Origin: Octopus sinensis
Taxonomy: Eukaryota
Length of the DNA: 64,000 bases
Reading direction: 5' to 3'
Assembly: GCF_006345805.1 (NCBI RefSeq)
Contig: NW_021825323.1
Span: 1-64,000, forward strand
The position numbers and the translations under genes are program-made. The notes beneath the pieces were generated by a model. That model ran no database searches. It worked only from the letters and a program-made list of their open reading frames with translations, and was not told where the DNA came from. How positions within the stretch are numbered: the first letter of the stretch is position 1; each line of letters begins with the position of its first letter. Shown piece after piece: positions 49,775 through 64,000 of this stretch.

Positions 49775-52655
49775 TATGTACGGATTTAAAACGATATGGA
49801 ATCTCTGTATGTTGTCTGCAGGAGACCAAAGTCCCCAATGGCCTTGATGAAACGATTAACGGGTACCGACTGCTGCTGCCGGCAGACTGCCGACATTACG
49901 GGATGGGCTTCGCAGTTCGCACGGACGCAGATGTGGTAACTCATAGAGCGTGGAAAATCAACGACAGAATTGCCATCCTTCAACTACGCCTTGGAAACAA
50001 TCGCAAAACAACCGTATCGATAATCAATGTATATGCACCGACCACAATGAGGGTATCCGCCAACGCAGAGGAACTCGACGATTTCTACTCCTCCCTATCA
50101 TCGGCTTACTCATCACTGTCCAGCTCCTACATGCTCTTTATAGCTGGGGATTGGAATGCCAAAGTGGGAAAAAAGCTTGAAGAATCGAATTGCCTGAGAA
50201 GACACGCTCGAGGGTTCAGAAATCTGTCGGGGGAGGCACTCATACACTTCTGTGAATCATTCGGTCTGTTCCTCTGTAACACGGCATTCCGACATTCAGC
50301 TCGACATATTACGACGTGGACAGGCCAGAGGAGAGACTGCTATAGAAATCTTGTTCACATATTCAACTAAATCGACTACATACTATGCAGACAAACACAG
50401 AAGGCGTTACTCACGGACTCCCGTACGTACAATGGCATGATTACCTCGAGTGATCACCGTCTACTGGTGGCACGCCTCATTCTAAAGCGACGCTTTGGAA
50501 TCTCTGGAGTACTTGCAGCTCGCACACATGGCAGGAACTTTGCCGTGGAGACCCTATGTGTTCCAGACCATACTCGTATAAAGTATGGCGAGAAAATACT
50601 CAAACTGTTGGACAATATCGAGTCGAATGCGCCTCCCGGACTACTATGGAAGCATATTTCGATCAGAGTTAAGAAGGCCGCACAGACGGTACTGGGAAAT
50701 CGTCCAAGGGGATTCAAAGGGACTTTTGGCAAAAAAAATAGACAAACTTGCAAAAGAACAAAGGAAACTCCGTCTCCTAATTGAATCGTCAAACTCGACC
50801 GGCCTCGTTGATTCTCTTAAAAGAAAACGCAACGAAATTAAATACAGAATAAAGAAAAGGGTCAAAGAGCTAGCTAGGCTTACATTAGATAACCTGGCAA
50901 AGGACATCGACCGATACAAAAATGGAGCAAAAATGTTCGCTGCAGCCAAGAAACTATCCCAGAATACCAAACCGGAGAGAATTGTAATCTTCGATGATGC
51001 GGGAAAGACCATAATCGATGACCAAGAATCAGCAAACAAAATTGCAGCCTTTTACAAAGGACGACTAAATATCAATGACCACCTGGAACCATTCGAAGGA
51101 ACACCCAGAGGACTTAATAAAGACATCACCCGCTATGAAGTCCTTTCAGCCTTGAGCAAGCTGAAAAATGGCAGAGCTTCGGGACCAGACAACGTGACTG
51201 CAGAGTTATTAAAATACGCGCCGGACAGAGTGGTTGAGTTGATCTGCACAGTCCTGAACAGGACGTTCAAATGTCACAGCCCATTTGATGCGGGGAATGC
51301 CACTTTAATCCCAATCCAGAAACCTGGAAAAGAGAAAGGAAATCTAAACAGCCTACGCCCGGTTACGCTAATGAACATGCTAAGGAAAATACTTTCCCTT
51401 GTTGTGCTGAATCGTATTTCAGGACCTGTAAATAAGTTCCTAAACGCGAGTCAAAGTGGATTCAGACCTGGAAGGTCGACAGCAGACGTAGTATGGAGCC
51501 ACAGATGGCTGTGTGCAATGTGCCAGAAACACAAAGAAGAAATCTCAATCCTTGGAATTGATCTATCCCGTGCTTTCGATACAATCAACCGCAAAAAGCT
51601 GATGCATGTATTGGAAGGCATCCTAGATGAGGATGGATTACGTATGATCAGATTCTTACTCGCCAACACATCGCTATCCGTGCGTGTGGGAAACTATACC
51701 TCGATGAAGTTTAAAACCGACACTGGCGTACCTCAGGGCGACTCGTTATTCATAATCTACCTGGAGGCAGCCCTAAGACCTCTTCGGAGAAATAAATGCT
51801 TTACCAACGTGATGGAAGTAATTTACGCCGACGATATTGATTTCGTCTCCCGAGATCAGGACTCACTGGAAAACTTATTAAAAGTGATCCCTCATTCGTT
51901 GAAGGACTGGTCCCTTGTAATAAACCCGGACAAAACGGAAAGAACTACCATATCCCCCCTGGGGACGAAAAACGAGGAGAAGTGGGAAACATGCAAGAAA
52001 GTTGGATCTCTCCTTAGGGACTCGGAGGACGTTATTCGAAGGAAAGTGCTGGCTGTTGCATCCTTCAAAAAAATGTGGACGATCTGGATGAGGCGCAAGT
52101 ACATAGGAACCCGCCTTCGAATTCGGCTGTACAACTCCTTTGTCAAACCAATCTTGCTTTACAACGCGGGGACCTGGGGCCTAACCGCTAAAGAACTGGA
52201 ACAGCTCAACTCTTTCCACAGAAAACAACTACGACTACTCCTGGGAATTTACTGGCCAGAAAAGATGACCAATAATGAACTCTACAGAATCACCCATACA
52301 TCCGAGATTGCAAAGAAAGTGATGTCCACGAAGTGGATGCTCTTTGGACATGTCCTAAGAGCCTCGGAAATGACGCCGGCCAATCAGAACATGGAATCCT
52401 ACTTCTGCTCATTAAATAAAACGGCATATAGGGGCCGACAAAGAACAACATTACCGACTACGCTCGACCATGATCTCACGTCGATTAGAAGGAAACTGAA
52501 ATCGGCCGATGATCTGGACGAACTGAGATACCTCGCACGTAACAGGGGAGCGTGGATACGACTAACAGAGCGTATCCTGAGTCGGATGGCAAAAGTGGAA
52601 TCTTAATTAACTTTTTGATTCCGCGAGATTGCTTTAATAATAATAATAAATGTAA
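49775..52655 (+). mobile_element. RTE-like LINE B (APE + RT), 5'-truncated, frameshifted
   Basis: CLQETK, INVYAPT, AGDWNAKVG, SDHRL; GPDNV, LRPVTL, QSGFRPGRST, DLSRAFD, GVPQGD, YADD, LLYNAGTW; (TAA)n tail at ~52636. Confidence 0.92.
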
Positions 52656-53168
52656 TTAAATTCTGATTAATAATCTAAAATGATATAATTTTAAATTGTA
52701 GAAAAGTTAAGAAATTCCCAAATTGTTTAACAAAAATTAATGAAAATAATCATCAATAGTTGTTTTCTTCATAGGTAAGTTTCTGATCATGTTGTTAATT
52801 GATTCAAGTTAACTTAAATCAAAATTTTCATTTTGATAATAAAATTTCTTTAATTTATTTAACATCTTCAATGCCTCTTCTGGATTAATAACTGATTTTC
52901 TTGGTTATCTTCTGAATAACTTAAGGCAGGTTGATTTGACTCCTCCATGAGGAATTCCTCAACTTCATCCATCTCAGTGAAACTGTGATCCATAAATTCC
53001 GTTGGTTTTATCGGATCCAGAATTTTAACCGTCGTGATAATTTTATCGTAATTATCAATCGTTATACCTGTTTCTTGGGTTTGATTTTCACAAGTAATCC
53101 ACTTGGAATGTTTAAAACAATTTGCAATTGTTTCTTGAGTAACATTTTTCCATCAAAAATACGTAAAC

Positions 53169-55246
<2,078 letters not shown>

Positions 55247-56597
55247 ACGTAAACAAAAGGCCGTCTTTTAAATTCAGCTTCTTGTGTGAATAGACAGGAT
55301 CAGTTCCATTGTCAATTTTCTCTAACATCGCATCAAATTTAATTTTGTTAAAGTTCGCTTTAAATGAGCGGATGATTCCCTGATCCATAGGTTTTAAAAT
55401 TGTGGTCGTTTTTGCAGGAAGGTATAGCAGTTCAATTGATACCAAATTCGAGTAAATTTTATGTGAAGGGCATCGATCCACAACAAGCAGAACTTTGTTT
55501 TTTTTCTTTTGAAGATCACGATCCCATGAAAGAAGCCATTCGTTGAAAATTTTGCTAGTCATCCACGACCTTTCAGAATGTCTATAATCAATATATTTTT
55601 CCACATTAAAATTCTTAAAGCATCCAGGTTTCTTAAATTTTCCAATCATCAATAGACTTTTTTTATTTGTCCCCGTCATATTTGCACATAGCAACAAAGA
55701 AAATCTAAAATATAAGAAATACAATAAACCGGTCTTTTAGCATTTGTTGCCCTGGGCGATTTTTCTGACAAACACTTTTTGAAGGAATATTTTTGTAGAA
55801 TATTCCTGTTTCGTCGGCGTTATAAATATTTGCAGGTTCATATTCTTGCAATTTTGTGAAAATTACTGAAATAAAAGAATTTATTTCTTCTTCAAAGTTT
55901 ACGTTAGTCATATAAGACTCTCCGTGAAAAGTTCTTAACTTAATATTGTTCCGTTTCTTTAATTTAGAGAGCCAGCCATTGCTAGCCTTGAAATCAGTAA
56001 TTCCATGTAGATCGGCAACTTTTTTTGCTTTCAAAAGAATAGAATTATCGTCCATAAATCCGCCACGAAGTTCGATCCATTTTATTTATTTAAGTTAAGA
56101 ACTTCTGTATCAATAGTTGAATATGTTAGATTGAATAGTCGTTTTTTGCTTGAGAAAAGAGGATCACTATCAAGTATTTTTTGTTTTTCAAGCCTCAGAT
56201 CATTGATTGATCTTCGGGAAATTTTTTTTTTAATGGAAGAGAAAACAGAGGCTATATGTTCCATTGTCATATGCTTGTTATCAGCGATGTAGGCTATTAT
56301 GCGTCTTTTTTCATTGAACGTCAGTCTAGTACACTTGCGCATGTTGGATGAAGCGTGGTTAAAATTATTTTATATTTAAAGTCAGTGCTTTCATAACAAA
56401 GATGTCAATATTTAAGAAAAAAAAATTTAAAGTCAGTTTAACCAAAAAAAATTTTTTTAATAATTAAAAATAGTGGCAAGATTTAGAATTTGGCGAGCAA
56501 TAGAGGTTTCTTTAGAAATTCTCAATTTTTTTGAAAAAATGTGGCGAGCAATAGAGGTGGCGAGCAAGAGAGGTGGCGACCAATATAGGTTTGACTG

Positions 56598-57330
56598 TAC
56601 TCTGACCGAGCTTTCATCCAAAAAGCGTTGTAACACCTCAATTGCCCTGTTTATTGTGTCAAAGACCCTGGACATGTCAATTCTCAAAAGCTTGATTGCA
56701 CATTTGAATCTTTGAGATATAGCGCATCTCCATCGATGGCTCTGTACAATATCCGCTGTAGATCTCCCTTGTCTGAACCCACTATGACTGGCAAAGAGGT
56801 ATTCGTCGACAGGCTCTTTTATTCGGTTCAGGATGATAAGTGCAAGCATTTTTCGAAAAGATTTTAAAAGAATGACCGGCCGTAGGTTCTCCAAAGGGCC
56901 TTTCGGCTTATGTGGTTTTTGAATTAGAATTAGAATGCCTTTCCCCACAGGTAGAGAAGAATTCAAAGTGAACATATCGTTCAGCAATTTAGAAATGGTT
57001 TCAAATAGTATATATGGCGCGTATTTCAGTAGTTCGGAGTTAATGTTATCGGGTCCCGGAGATCGATTGTTCCTCAATTTTAAAATTGCTGATTGCACTT
57101 CTTCAGACGTAATCGGAATTACTAATTCTCTTGGCGGTCCAACGAAACCATCCAAAGATCTATTTAATGTGTTAAATTGCTTCTCAAAGTGGTTTGCGAT
57201 GACTTTTGTTTGTTCCTGAGGGTCAAGTATAGTTCTTCCCTCAAAGTCATGTATCATTAGCTGAGTTTTTTTATTTTTCAGCAAACGGACTGCTGCAAAC
57301 ATTTGTGCACTATCTTTTAAGTTTTCGACT
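56598..57330 (-). mobile_element. RTE-like LINE A, upstream part
   Basis: NNRSPGPDNI, LRPVILL, HSGFRQGRSTAD, DMSRVFD, FLDESSVRV. Confidence 0.88.
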
Positions 57331-57552
57331 TCATTAGAATATAAAGAATACTAATTAATCTTATGATCTGCGACTTTTAAAAATAGTTCAACGTAGCAGG
57401 AACATTTCAGAAAAAACAATCTCATATCTCTGATTCGATTATCTCTTAAATAAAAAAATTGTAGAAAATAGATATCGTTCATACAATATGACCTCAGTAT
57501 CCACCAAAATTGAGAATATATATTTAATAATAGAATAAAGATCAATTTATAT

Positions 57553-58660
57553 TTAAGAAATTCCTCCATATCTATCAATTTTCTCCCCCAATCGAAGAGT
57601 GACAAATGTTGAATCTCCCAAATCATAAGTTGATTTCAATGATTCGAGACATCTTTTAGGTTCCAGAGCACCCTAAAAATAAACCTAAATCAAACTCAAC
57701 CTCACACCCTAAAGTAAAAGTGCCCCAATGAATTCCTATCGAATGCCTCGATACCACATCCAAATGGGCCTCCAAAGCGTCAGAAGGATTTAAATGCACA
57801 AATTTTAACAAATCTCGAGGCTCGTATGCCCCAATTGGAATAGCAGCAACATCAAATGGTCCATACTCTGCCCCGATCTGCTTAAACATCTGCTTGCAAT
57901 ATCCAGTGTCACCTGCAAAGTAAAATGATCCCACTGATGTTTTTCCTACCAGACACCACCCTCCCCAAAGTGTCTAGAGTAATTAGAAGAACTCGACTTT
58001 GTTTTCATCAAAAATTCCCCTTCTTGACCAATGTTGGGCTGGGACAAATGCCGCAGTGGTCGAGGAGGACAACCTTGTTTCCTCCCACCAATTAAATTCT
58101 TCGACATTTGCTGCGGGGACTTGTAAACAGTCGATAAAAGTGATTCTCACGTTTAATGGGACGAGGAATCTTATTTTGGGAAACTTCCTTAAAAGGGAAA
58201 TGATGGAAGGGAAATCAAGATGATCATAGTGATTGTGCGATATAAGCACCACATCGATTGCAGGAAGTTCTTCTAGAGATAATCCATTCGGAGAAAGTCT
58301 TGTCGGCGATATAAAACGGTTTACTAAATAATCGCTGAAGATAGGATCGGTAATTATATTTAGATTGTCCATTTGAACTAATAGACAAGCATGTCCAATC
58401 CAAGTGACATATAGTTCTTTGGATCTTTCTTTTATGCTTCTTTTGGGGATTGAAAGGTTAGATCTGATTTCCTAAATATAGATTTTAAAGGTATTTTCTA
58501 CATCAGAGGAATAACTGGGTGAGCCAAAGTTTAATAAATGATGTAATAAAACACGCCAGGTGGCACATCTTCGCTGGGATGACCAAGGACACTGAAATTT
58601 GGTACCGTCAAAATTCGGTTTGTAACGATGTGCTGGATCATCCATTTGTATTAATGGCAC
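57553..58660 (-). CDS. NAPEPLD: N-acyl-phosphatidylethanolamine phospholipase D (metallo-beta-lactamase fold), multi-exon
   Basis: VTWIGHACLLVQ, IITDPIFS, DVVLISHNHYDHLD, VPAQHWSRR, LWGGW, YFAGDTGY, IPIGAYEPR, IGIHWGTF. Confidence 0.92.
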
Positions 58661-60152
58661 AACAACAATTCAAATTTGAATGATTTATCTTCAAAATATT
58701 TTTATTAATAAAAAGAAACTAATCCTTTATTAAAAAAGAAAACTTTCTCCCGCATCGATTATTAAACAGCAACTCGCCCTATTCGATCATTGTACTTCTC
58801 TGTTTCCCTTCCAGTTCGATTCCCTCCACTCTGACTCTCACAAATGTGTCGCCCCTTCTGTGGTTAACACTAAAACTTCCTCCGATTGCATTTACCTCCG
58901 TCGTAAGGTGAACAGCAAGCTGTTGGATGGCGATGTCCGTGGAGCTGTCAGACTTGTTGCCTCCTCTAACCGGCTTTTGTCCCCATCTCCTTCCGTTTCG
59001 TCTAATTTGAGATCCAAGCACCCCAGTCTTCCAGTAAACTCCCGCACCCAACCCGCTATCGATACGACCGCCCTTTCGCAACTGCTGGTTACCGCTTCAC
59101 AGGTTGAGAAGGCACTGAAAAGTTTTTCCCCAAGCAGCAGTGGGGGTATAGATGGGCTGAAGCTCGGACACATTAAAGACTTGACTTCACCTCTTACTGC
59201 TGAGGCAGGCCGTCTCCTCTTGGAATCTATCACCAATCTCTGTAACCGTCTTATCGGTGGGAATTTACCGGATTTTGCCCGGGCGATTTTCTTCTCGGCT
59301 AATCTCACTGCTTTGGGTAAAAAAGATAACGGGGTCAGGCCGATCGCCGTATGTAATGTTTTCCGCAGATTGGCCGGAAAGCTCGTTTGCCACGTTGTGA
59401 TCCCCGAGTTGGTCCCGAAATTTTTGCCAGTCCAATTGGGCGTCGGCGTCAGTGGAGGGTGTGAATCGGCTGCCCATGCCGTAAGAGAACTTATGGATTC
59501 TTCATTGGAATATCTTTTAGTTAAACTGGACATATCAAATGCGTTCAACACAGTGAGACGGGATCATTTGCTTGAGACCTGGCTTTCTCTCGCCCCCTCC
59601 GCTTATCCTCTGGTCCACCTTTCGTACTCACAACCCAGCCTCCTCCTGTTTGGCGATTCCTTTATCGTCTCATCGACCGGAGTGCAACAGGGAGATCCCC
59701 TGGGGCCTTTCCTCTTTGCTATGTGTGTCAACTCCGTCGCTCATTCTGTCCGCTCTCCGGTAAATATCTGGTACTTGGACGACGCGACGATTTGTGGACC
59801 TCCCCGCTCTGTCTTAGACGACCTGCGGAGCATTATCCCGGCCCTTTCATCCATCGGTCTGGAGATAAACTCAAGCAAGTCCGAAGTCCTAAATCTGAAT
59901 ATTCCTTCCGATTTTTTTGCCGAAACTCTGGACGCCCTGGAACCTATTCTAAAAGGCGCGCGGGTATCAGAAACAAAGGACCTTGTAATCCTTGGTTCGC
60001 CAATTGGTCACGAGGCCCTCTCACAAACGCTCATCGCCAAGGCAAGCAATCTGTCAAACATGATCGAACGGCTTTCCCTCATTGATGCCCACGTCGGGTT
60101 CTTTCTTCTGCGTAACTATTTCTCAACTCAGAAGCTTTTGTACACCCTAAGG

Positions 60153-62174
60153 CAGTGGTTCTCAACCTGGGGTCCGCGAAAGATTCCAGGGGGTCCGCGA
60201 GATTTTCCTGAAACTTTATTTAAATGTTTCTATTTAATGATAACAATTTTAAATTAATATATAATAGAATTAAATCATAATTAATAATATCTCTTTTAGA
60301 TATATTATAAATTAATATATTTTAATATTCAATAATACTGAGGGGGCTAAATAAATTAATATATTTTAATATTCAATAATACTGAGGAGGCTAAATTACT
60401 TTAAAGCTGAATGTAACTCAATTATTTATAAAAATCGTATATATATTTATTTTTTAGTAAAAGTTAATAAAATTTTTAAGCACGCTATTGATATGAATTC
60501 CTCGAATGTTATTAAGATACGCTAATATAATCCTGATTATATAAAATATGGGCTTATGCTTGGCTTTCATTCTGGCTTTAGAGGCCAAGTTAGACTTGCT
60601 AACCAGGAAACGAAACATATGCATTGTATGCTACATCGATATGCATTACCTTCAGATTTAAGATATGTTCTCGATGATGTCGTACATATCATAAATTATA
60701 TTAAAAAGAGTGCTTTAAATTCGCGCATTTTCAGACTTATTTGCGGAGAATTTGAAAAGGATGGAAAGGCTTTGTTATTCCACACTGAGGTGAGATGGCT
60801 ATCTCGGGGAAACATTCTTGCCAGAGTTTTTTCTTTGAGGAATGAATTATCTGAATATTTTATTCGCGAAAACAATTCCAAATCATCGGAATTTATTTCG
60901 AAATTAATGGATAGTTCATGGCTATCTAAACTTGCTTACTTGAGAGATGTCTTCTCTCGTATAAATTCACTCAACAAATCGCTTCAGGGAAGACATGAAA
61001 CAATAATTGATTTTGTGGATAAAATTAAGTTTGTTAACTGTTTCATATTAATTATTAGTGCTTTTTTGATGAAGTTAACACTGTGGAAAGAAAAAGTAAA
61101 ACTGAATAATTTTACTATGTTTGAATCTTTTGAAGAACAATCTGTAAATATAGATGCATTTGAAATCAAAAAAATAACCGAACTTATTTATGCACATTTA
61201 ACATATCTTCAACAAGAAGTAAATAAATACTTTCCAGAATTGAACGAAATTGATTTGAAATTCATTCGTACACCATTCAGTGTTGATCCACGTTTGGTCG
61301 ATGAAAATATCGAAGAGGCTTTTATTGACATGATCAATAATTCAAACGCAAAAGATTTGTATGAAAAACTTGCTTTATCAAGATTTTGGTGCGAAATGTG
61401 TAAGCATTATCCTTCCGTAAGCGCAAATGCATTAAATTTGTTGCTTATATTCCCGATAACATATTTATGCGAACATGGCTTCTCAGCACTTCTCAATATA
61501 AAAAATAATCATCGCGCAAGACTGAATATTGAAGATGACATCAGGGTTTGCTTGTCGACAACCGAGCCTCTTATAGGAAAAAATTGCCTCGAAAAAACAA
61601 TATCAACCTTCTCACTAATTTTCTCTATTTTTTTTTTAAATTTTCAGGTTTAATGGGTCAAACTACTAAGTAAAGTCAACAAACTAATAAATTCTCCCAG
61701 CGAGACGGAGGGAACAGCTGTTGCCACGCATGACAGCCAGCAGGATCCTCTGAATGAGGAAAGTAAATTCCCTAGGGTCCTTGGACCGCGAAGAACAAAG
61801 ATGTCCCAATTTCTTTAGGGAAGTGAGGGTCCCGGAGCCAAAGACGCCGGAAGTCTCGACAACGATTGGCCAAAACCAAAAGTCATCCATCAAAGACTGA
61901 TATTTTCGGCACTTCGAAAGCTCAGCCTTATTAGCACGAGACCCAGCAAGAGAGGCCGATTCGTTGATGAAAGACTTTGAGAAGGTATCCACACAAGTGG
62001 AATCCCAGACCAAAGGTCTCCCAGAATAAATTTTCTCTATTGGTTTAATAATAAATTTTGTTTTTAGATAAGAAAAATTTTTTTGACAAAAAACTTAATA
62101 AATATGTAGGGGGTCCGCGAAATTTTTCATTTACTCACAAGGGGTCCGCGGACAAAAAAGGTTGAGAACCACTG
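60153..62174 (+). mobile_element. hAT (Buster-type) transposon, internally deleted
   Basis: TIRs CAGTGGTTCTCAACC; TSD CCCTAAGG (60145-60152 / 62175-62182); HCMLH, RWLSRG, FPITYLCEHGFS; intron 61029-61058. Confidence 0.95.
61655..62020 (-). mobile_element. CRE-like 3' fragment nested in the hAT
   Basis: VWDSTCVDT...PIVVETSG...LIQRILLAVMRGNS. Confidence 0.88.
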
Positions 62175-63344
62175 CCCTAAGGAGTTCTCCTTGTTTTCGC
62201 ATGCCTAATCTGTTATCCGATATCGATTCTATCTTGAAGTCTGGAGCCGAGTATCTGTGCAACATCCATTTCGACGCTCTGGGGTGGCTTCAATCTTCCC
62301 TGCCTGTTAATCTTGGGGGGATTGGCCTTCGTTCGCCCGTTTATCTGGCTCTTCCTGCCTTCCTCTCGTCCCTGGCATCATCCCGTGCCCTCACTGACAT
62401 CGTTCTCAGAAACCTTCCCGAACGAAAAGTGTCAGTTGATCACGTGGCCACTCTGGACCTTTGGGATTCTGCGTATACCAAAAGACCTGCCGACCCATCC
62501 GTCCAGGGTAAGTGGGATTCGATCACTTGTGACACTCTCTCCTCTGTCCTGCTTCAGAGTTTCGACCAGCACAGGCTGGCCTGTCTTCGTGCGGGCTGCA
62601 GTCCGGGCAGTGGGGCCTGACTTGACGCCCTTCCTCTACCGAACATCGGGACACTACTAGACGGCGACTGTCTCAGAGTCGCTATTTCTCTGCGTCTCGG
62701 TTTGAAGATCTGTGAAATTCACAAGTGCCGCTGTGGGGCCATGATCGACCAGCACGGACTACACCCTCTTTCCTGCAGACGCAGTGCTGGGCGGGCACCA
62801 CGCAACACAGCCTTAAATGACGTCGTCTTTAGGGGTCTCATCGCTGCCGGAATTCCATCAATCCTAGAACCGGCCGGGCTTGCTAGGGGAGACGGAAAAA
62901 GACCTGACGGTCTATCCACCTTCCCCTTTGAGTTCGGCAAGTCGCTGATTTGGGACGCGACATGTTCAGATACTTTCTCTGAACCTAATCTTCCCTTGTC
63001 AGCCGTCGCAGCCGGTTCGGTATCCCTTAGAACAGAAAAGCTTAAGATTGCGAAATATAGAGAACTCTCGGAGCGATATCTATTCGCCCCTGTTGCTGTC
63101 GAGACTTCAGGGGTCATTGGGGAAAAGTCTTTGACTTTCCTCTATAAGCTCGGACGTCTGATCTCTCTGAAGAGAAATGACACAGGCGAGACGGGCTGGC
63201 TCCTTCAGAGGATTTCCCTTGCCATCGTACGAGGTAACTGTTTCTCCATCTACGAAGCGGGGAAGTCCTCTAACTAACTTTATCACATTTAATTACATTG
63301 ATTTCCTTTATAAAAAAAGTTTATTTCAAAAAAAAGAAAAAGAA

Positions 63345-63570
63345 ACTAACTAACTAAGTAATTTTACTAACTAAATTCAGAGCCTTCGAAGTGAGCAGAA
63401 GGTGGCACTCCACGCACCTCCTCCCCTTCTCTGGCACTGTAGACCTTCGAGAAGGTGCAGTCCAGCGCCTCTCGCTGACTAAACGTCAGGAAAGGGCTGG
63501 ATCGGCGAGCATCAAACGAGACACTTTCCAGAGTCCTCTTAAGAACAGTTGACTGTATATAAGCCTGTAG
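63345..63570 (-). mobile_element. R4/Dong-like 3' stub, tail-to-tail with the CRE element
   Basis: QAYIQSTVLKRTLESVSFDARRSSP matches QAYMQSTVLKRTLESASVEARRSSP at ~25015-25090. Confidence 0.85.
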
Positions 63571-63571
63571 A

Positions 63572-64000
63572 GCAGGGGTGCGCAAGTGCGGCCGTGAGTC
63601 GATGAATGTGCGGCCGTGGGCACAATTAGGTCATCGAGCAACTAATCTTAAATATAATGCTCATAGTGTTAATTAATCAAGAAAAACCCTTAATAATAAT
63701 TAAAAATATTCATATTAAATAAAATTCTATTTTTATATAATGGTTAACCTTTATTAAAAGTAATTATCATAAACGGCTTAATTTATTTTGCATTATGTAG
63801 CGCTGTTGTCTTTATTTGGTTACCTTTATTTATATATTTAATTGGATTCAAAGGAATATTTTGGGATGTAGTTTCTTTTAATGGTTAAATTATTTGAAAT
63901 TTCATCATTTTTGTGATATTTTCCGATTTTATTTCTTTAATCGTTTTTTTTACTTATTTTGAATTTTTTAAAACACAATTTTTTCTTTTTCATTTCACCA
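63572..64000 (+). mobile_element. Probable left end of another hAT element
   Basis: CAGGGGTGCGCAAGTGCGGCC with repeated tgcggccg subterminal motifs; other end outside the window. Confidence 0.5.

Larger units (their letters stand above)
58745..63340 (+). mobile_element. CRE-like retrotransposon (RT + CCHC + RLE), 5'-truncated, split by a hAT
   Basis: RT GVRPIAV...GVQQGDPLGP...WYLDD; CEIHKCRCG...HPLSC...RN; GKRPDG...WDATC...AVETSG; A-rich tail ~63310-63345. Confidence 0.92.

Overview
AT-rich eukaryotic (most likely animal) genomic DNA; most of the window is repeat-derived. Four host genes are recognisable, all with very short GT-AG introns (about 23-34 nt where mapped): THOC2 (+), TPPP/p25-alpha (+), a SEC14/CRAL-TRIO+GOLD gene (-) and NAPE-PLD (-). 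Between them lie nested, mostly decayed mobile elements: Buster-type hAT transposons with 8-bp TSDs, Tc1/IS630 and pogo elements, a Ginger transposon, three copies of one Helitron family (one with a 95-bp minisatellite array), R4/Dong-like and CRE-like restriction-endonuclease retrotransposons, two RTE LINEs and a Jockey/I-group LINE. Main observations: (1) the 75-bp tandem array at 1-7565 shows codon-level (synonymous) variation in one minus-strand frame that reads as a 25-aa LRR-like repeat, so it looks like a satellite derived from a coding repeat; (2) about 220 bp of divergent 28S rRNA is fused in antisense to the truncated 5' end of the Jockey/I LINE; (3) host-sized micro-introns occur in hAT, pogo and Ginger transposase genes; (4) a CRE-like element carries an N-terminal PHD finger. 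All identifications come from motif recognition and hand counting, with no database searches. Boundaries without a TSD or TIR are approximate.
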